DNA from: a virus
Taxonomy: Duplodnaviria > Caudoviricetes
Length of the DNA: 39,103 nucleotides
Strand: one strand, 5' to 3'
Virus record (IMG/VR): IMGVR_UViG_3300020044_007352
Span: 1 to 39,103 of that record
The position numbers and the translations under genes were made by a program. Positions 35,354 through 39,103 of this stretch are shown here, in pieces; position 1 is the first letter of the stretch; each line of letters opens with the position of its first letter. The notes under the pieces were generated by a model. The model did not search any database. It saw nothing but the letters and a program-made list of their open reading frames with translations, and was not told the origin of the DNA.

Positions 35354-36646
35354 ATGGCTACTCTTACCTCCGGCAAAATTGCCGAAGTCATTTTTGAAAA
35401 CGCGCTGGAGACATTCCAGACTCAGGACATGTTGCTTGACAAGGTATCGTTTGGCGTTCCTGATGCTTCAGACCTTCAGAATTCCTCAAACGTCATCTGG
35501 AAATCGGTACAGCAACACGCGCCAGTTATCAGTGGTTGGGATATGACGGGTCTGGAAACAGGCATTATTCAGGAAACCTATCCCTGCGTACTCGGAACAC
35601 CGGAAAACGATATTGTCAGCCTTCGTGCTGATGATATGCGCGATATGCTTTTCTGGGAACAGCGCGGCAAGGTTTCAGGCCGTCGTCAGGCTTCCGACCT
35701 GAACAGCAATCTTATCTCAGCGATTGTCACTCAGGGTTCATTGCATGTCCGTTCTGATGCGACCAGCGGTTATCCGTTTATCGCAGCAGGTCAGGCAATC
35801 ATGAACGAAAGGCAGTTGCCCAAGAATCAGCGTTATTTCTTCCTGAATGACCGCGATACCCTGACCTATGCTTCTGACTTGGCAGCACGTCAGACATTGC
35901 AGGGCAGGCCGGCAGACACATGGAATAACGGTCAGATTGGCGCAAACGTGGCAGAGTTTGACGTTTATACCTGCTCATTCATGCCGAACCTGACGGGCGG
36001 GGCTTCACCGAACACCACTGTCACGGGCAATCAGTCCTTTGCCCCGCAGGGTGGCTCAGTGAACACGACCACACTGGTTGTAACCAACGTTGATTACCGT
36101 ACCGCTGATATTGCGGTAGCTGCGTCAACCAATTACAACGTAGGCGACAAGATACGCTTCCAGAACCCGAACAACGTGGATGTAAACGCTGTTGGCCTGG
36201 ACGACAAAACCAACACCAACGAGCCGATGACCTTCACCATTGTTGGCAAGCCGAACGCAACCACTATCACTGTATTCCCCAAGCCGATAGCGATTAACGA
36301 CCCTGCTTTGTCCACGCTGGAAAAGGCTTACGGCAACATTGACACCCGCATCCTCAACGGTGCTTTGGTGGTTCGCCTGAACACAGACGCATCTGTGAAA
36401 ACAAATGCTTTCTGGGAAAAGGACGCCATTGAAGTCACGGGCGGAACGATACCGGCTAACCTGTTCAAGGAGTTTGCAGGCAAAAAGGTCATCAGTTCAT
36501 CCATGAAGAACGGGCAGACGATGTATATGGTTTATGACGGCGAGATTCTCGGCATGACCTTTACATTCCGTCTGTTCACCTGGTACGGCATCACCATCCG
36601 CAATCCTTCAGCGGTTGGCGTAGCCACAAGGTACACAGCGACCTAG
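35354..36646 (+). CDS. Major capsid protein (P22 gp5-like)
   Basis: 430 aa; 'Q.S.N.IW..V.Q.AP...GW', 'NVDYR', 'GDKI.F', 'RLFTWYG....PS'. Confidence 0.92.
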   Translation: MATLTSGKIAEVIFENALETFQTQDMLLDKVSFGVPDASDLQNSSNVIWKSVQQHAPVISGWDMTGLETGIIQETYPCVLGTPENDIVSLRADDMRDMLFWEQRGKVSGRRQASDLNSNLISAIVTQGSLHVRSDATSGYPFIAAGQAIMNERQLPKNQRYFFLNDRDTLTYASDLAARQTLQGRPADTWNNGQIGANVAEFDVYTCSFMPNLTGGASPNTTVTGNQSFAPQGGSVNTTTLVVTNVDYRTADIAVAASTNYNVGDKIRFQNPNNVDVNAVGLDDKTNTNEPMTFTIVGKPNATTITVFPKPIAINDPALSTLEKAYGNIDTRILNGALVVRLNTDASVKTNAFWEKDAIEVTGGTIPANLFKEFAGKKVISSSMKNGQTMYMVYDGEILGMTFTFRLFTWYGITIRNPSAVGVATRYTAT

Positions 36647-36652
36647 TAACAC

Positions 36653-36679
36653 GGGAGGGTAGAAATACCCTCCCTTTTT
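36653..36679 (+). terminator. Intrinsic terminator after capsid gene
   Basis: GGGAGGGTA-GAAA-TACCCTCCC followed by TTTTT. Confidence 0.9.
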
Positions 36680-36693
36680 CTTTTGGAGATAAT

Positions 36694-36984
36694 ATGGCGG
36701 TACAGCTATTCAAAGATGGACAGGTAGTTTACGTTGAACCGTCCAGCCTACAGAATCACCTGAATGTCGGCTGGTCACTGGACGACCCTAACGCGCCTGC
36801 TATTAAACACCCTGAAGTCATTTATCCTCAGAGTATCCGAGGCATCGAATCCATGCCGGATGACGTAGCGCAAAAGACAGTGCTTGAACATATGGGTATC
36901 ACTGTCGTCCATCCGGTCAGTACGCCGCCTGAAGTCGAGACGCCCGCGCCCAAGCGACGCGGCAGACCTAAAAAGGCCGCTTAG
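36694..36984 (+). CDS. Hypothetical virion-module protein with C-terminal KRRGRPKK
   Basis: 96 aa; GGAG RBS. Confidence 0.7.
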   Translation: MAVQLFKDGQVVYVEPSSLQNHLNVGWSLDDPNAPAIKHPEVIYPQSIRGIESMPDDVAQKTVLEHMGITVVHPVSTPPEVETPAPKRRGRPKKAA

Positions 36985-37725
36985 TTGTCAACCAAAAGCC
37001 AAATCGTTAATAAAGCCTATGCTCAGTTGAGAATATCAGGCTTGACCGTTGTCGCGTCCCCAGAGGATACGACTATGGCTTTGGGTGAATTAGAGTCCAT
37101 GATGTCTGAATTGTTCTACATGTGGAATCTGGACGTAAATTATAACTTCGAAGCAGTCCCGAACATTAACTCCCAGACTAACGTACCATTTCAGTTTGAT
37201 AACATGATGGTTACAAATCTGGCAGTTCGTTTGATTTCGGCTTTCAACAAAGAAGCCCCTCAGACTCTTTTTAACCAAGCATCTCAATCCCTGTCTGCTG
37301 CTATAGGGTTTAGCGCTGCAATTAACCTGCGTCAAATCCAGCCGCCAAGACGCATGCCTCTAGGGAATGGGAACACTTTCCGTAACGTGTACTTCAATCG
37401 GTTTGCAGTCCCGACCCCGTTACCGCCGCCGGATTCATCGACTAACTACATTCAGCAAGGCGAAACGCTGGACTATTACGAGGACTTTTCTGCCTTTTTA
37501 GGTACGCTCACAATATCGTCATTCACGATTACCAGCGATACATTACTGACTATAGACTCTAGTGCCATATCCGGTAAACGTATTATCTACACGATAACCG
37601 CGCCCGCCGGAGTGAACTATCAAGGCCCGTGGCAGCTTGTCCAGATAACCATTACCGATAGTTCAGGCCGTGTCCTGATAAGGAATATCAATTTCGAGGT
37701 CATTACCCCGCCAGAGGTTCCATAA
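36985..37725 (+). CDS. Head-completion/tail adaptor (P22 gp4-like) with C-terminal beta extension
   Basis: 'TKSQIV..A...L.I.G', 'LE.MM.E', 'NLAVRL...F', 'RRMPLG.GN', then about 90 extra residues. Confidence 0.8.
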   Translation: MSTKSQIVNKAYAQLRISGLTVVASPEDTTMALGELESMMSELFYMWNLDVNYNFEAVPNINSQTNVPFQFDNMMVTNLAVRLISAFNKEAPQTLFNQASQSLSAAIGFSAAINLRQIQPPRRMPLGNGNTFRNVYFNRFAVPTPLPPPDSSTNYIQQGETLDYYEDFSAFLGTLTISSFTITSDTLLTIDSSAISGKRIIYTITAPAGVNYQGPWQLVQITITDSSGRVLIRNINFEVITPPEVP

Positions 37726-37928
37726 TGGCGGAGATGCAAATCCCTTTAATCAAGGGCGACAAGGTAGACGACACTACCGACTATCGAGATGCTTTGCCTA
37801 TTAATATGTCCGGTGTAGTAAAGCCTATCTTGGGCGCTCAGGGCTACATGCTGCAACAGCCTGGACTCACTGAATACGGCATTGCCGAAATAATAACAGA
37901 AGAAGAATACACGATATTCGGGCCATAA
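37725..37928 (+). CDS. Tail hub (P22 gp10-like), N-terminal fragment
   Basis: 'QIPLIKGDK....DYRDALPINM....K.I.G.QGY....PGL' parallels the P22 gp10 N-terminus; stops after 67 aa. Confidence 0.8.
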   Translation: MAEMQIPLIKGDKVDDTTDYRDALPINMSGVVKPILGAQGYMLQQPGLTEYGIAEIITEEEYTIFGP

Positions 37929-37929
37929 C

Positions 37930-38625
37930 ATGCCAGCAGCCATATTCAGAAGGGAATCAGCAATGACGGGCGCGACCCCAAGCACGGGATATGTCCTTGC
38001 TACGCGGGTCAAATTTTCTGGAGAACCAGCAGGGGATGCAACTTTTTTATACGCTGATGACGGCGCAGGTTACGATATTGAAGTTGGATTTTCTCCGTCA
38101 ACAGGCTCAAATAAATTTCTTATTTTATTCCTTACCCAAAATATAGCGGCTGTAGACTATGAATGGATTGCCACAACTGAACCGACAGAGTTTATCCCTG
38201 ATACTTGGTATAGCATTTTAATCAAAGTCTATACGGATTCAGGCGATACAGGATACCCGCTTGAAGTCTGGATAAATGGCGTTGAGATAACAATGGATGC
38301 TACCACATGGGATGGTACTGGTCAGTTAGTGGCGTGGGACGACATGACTGCATGGCAAGTAGGGAACTTTTACGGCGATGAGGTTGTTAGCTCTCGGTTT
38401 ATCTGGTTTGAGCCTTCACTGACCGGCGACCCTTCATACAGTGACTTTTTTGAAGCAAATAACTGCGTTAGAGACTTGGGTGTTGACGGGTCAGTCCCGA
38501 CAGGTAGCCAGCCTATGATTTACATGGCAGGTGGTTCGGTTGATTATCAGGACAATAAAGGCTACGGCGGCGCGTTTCCTATATCTTTTGGCACGATATA
38601 CAGCGGGTCATATACATGCCCCTAA
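37930..38625 (+). CDS. Beta-sandwich (LamG/concanavalin-like) domain protein inserted in gp10
   Basis: 'DTWYSILI...LEVWINGV', 'DLGVDGS.PTG.QP.IY.....NKG.GG.F'; acidic and aromatic. Confidence 0.6.
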   Translation: MPAAIFRRESAMTGATPSTGYVLATRVKFSGEPAGDATFLYADDGAGYDIEVGFSPSTGSNKFLILFLTQNIAAVDYEWIATTEPTEFIPDTWYSILIKVYTDSGDTGYPLEVWINGVEITMDATTWDGTGQLVAWDDMTAWQVGNFYGDEVVSSRFIWFEPSLTGDPSYSDFFEANNCVRDLGVDGSVPTGSQPMIYMAGGSVDYQDNKGYGGAFPISFGTIYSGSYTCP

Positions 38626-39103
38626 ATTATTTCAGTCGCGGCGGATTGTGGAACGAAAGGCAGCAAAACCTTTTCCGGATACTGAACGGCTCTTTCTATT
38701 CGATAAGCCCTGACGGGATAAAGACAAGCCTCGGCGCGGTCACGGGTAACGGGCAGTGCAGCCTTCCCTATTCCTTTAACACGCAAGCGATTATCGGTGG
38801 TGGAAAATACTACTTATACGACCCTGTAAACGGATTCCGGCAAGTCACAGACCCCGACCTCGGCAATCCGATTGATGCTGTATGGGTGGACGGGTATTAC
38901 TTCTTTACCGATGGGGAATATCTCTACCATACCGACATAGCCAACGAATCATCCATCGACCCGCTGAAGTTTGCAACGTCGGAGTTTTCGCCAGACCCGA
39001 CAGTTGGGGTAGGACTCACCACTGACAATAAGGTTATGGCGTTTAACCGCTATACGATTGAGTATTTTATCAATCAGGCTAACGAGAACTTTGCATTTTC
39101 CCG
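38616..39103 (+). CDS. Tail hub (P22 gp10-like), C-terminal part, 3' truncated by window
   Basis: Read manually: MPLNYFSRGGLWNERQQNLFR...DGYYFFTDGEYLYHTDIANESSIDPLKFATSEFSPD...RYTIEYF. Matches gp10 'SRG...ITDLEDES...AESQPD...TIEYF'. Confidence 0.85.
   Translation, partial: MPLNYFSRGGLWNERQQNLFRILNGSFYSISPDGIKTSLGAVTGNGQCSLPYSFNTQAIIGGGKYYLYDPVNGFRQVTDPDLGNPIDAVWVDGYYFFTDGEYLYHTDIANESSIDPLKFATSEFSPDPTVGVGLTTDNKVMAFNRYTIEYFINQANENFAFS

Noticed and set aside
37926-38625. Stop-codon readthrough or alternative genetic code explaining the gp10 split
   Set aside because: The gp10 frame hits further TGA stops in the insert, and TAA, TAG and TGA all end genes normally elsewhere.
38531-38713. Classic CCC-TAA +1 frameshift product
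   Set aside because: A +1 shift enters a short, non-homologous frame; gp10 resumes in the -1 frame.
1-39103. Terminal repeat or circular overlap
   Set aside because: The first and last bases do not match; part of gp10 and the start of the first gene are missing.

Overview
The window is most of a P22-like (lambdoid podovirus-type) phage genome from an unidentified, probably Gram-negative host. It starts inside a tail/fibre gene and ends inside the tail-hub gene, so by P22 gene order only a short stretch appears to be missing. Modules in order: (1) two S/T/N/G-rich fibre genes, a glycosyltransferase and a methyltransferase, three ejection proteins and a P22 head-binding-domain fibre; (2) a leftward recombination operon (ERF, SSB-like); (3) back-to-back promoters with Cro but no cI or integrase; (4) replication/nin genes, including a two-frame C5 methyltransferase, a helicase-MTase fusion, NinB and NinG; (5) a NusG-family antiterminator with a terminator-containing late leader; (6) lysis genes; (7) terS, four glycan-modification genes, intein-containing terL, portal, scaffold, coat, gp4 and a split gp10. 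The most unusual features are: six glycosyl/methyltransferases embedded in the virion modules (candidate virion glycosylation system); an intein whose HNH endonuclease lies in another reading frame; a gp10 hub gene split in-phase by an out-of-frame domain gene; an HNH insertion that rebuilt the 5' end of the methyltransferase it invaded; and a late-leader hairpin loop complementary to a recurrent early-gene RBS motif. All family calls come from recognising motifs by eye; no database searches were run.
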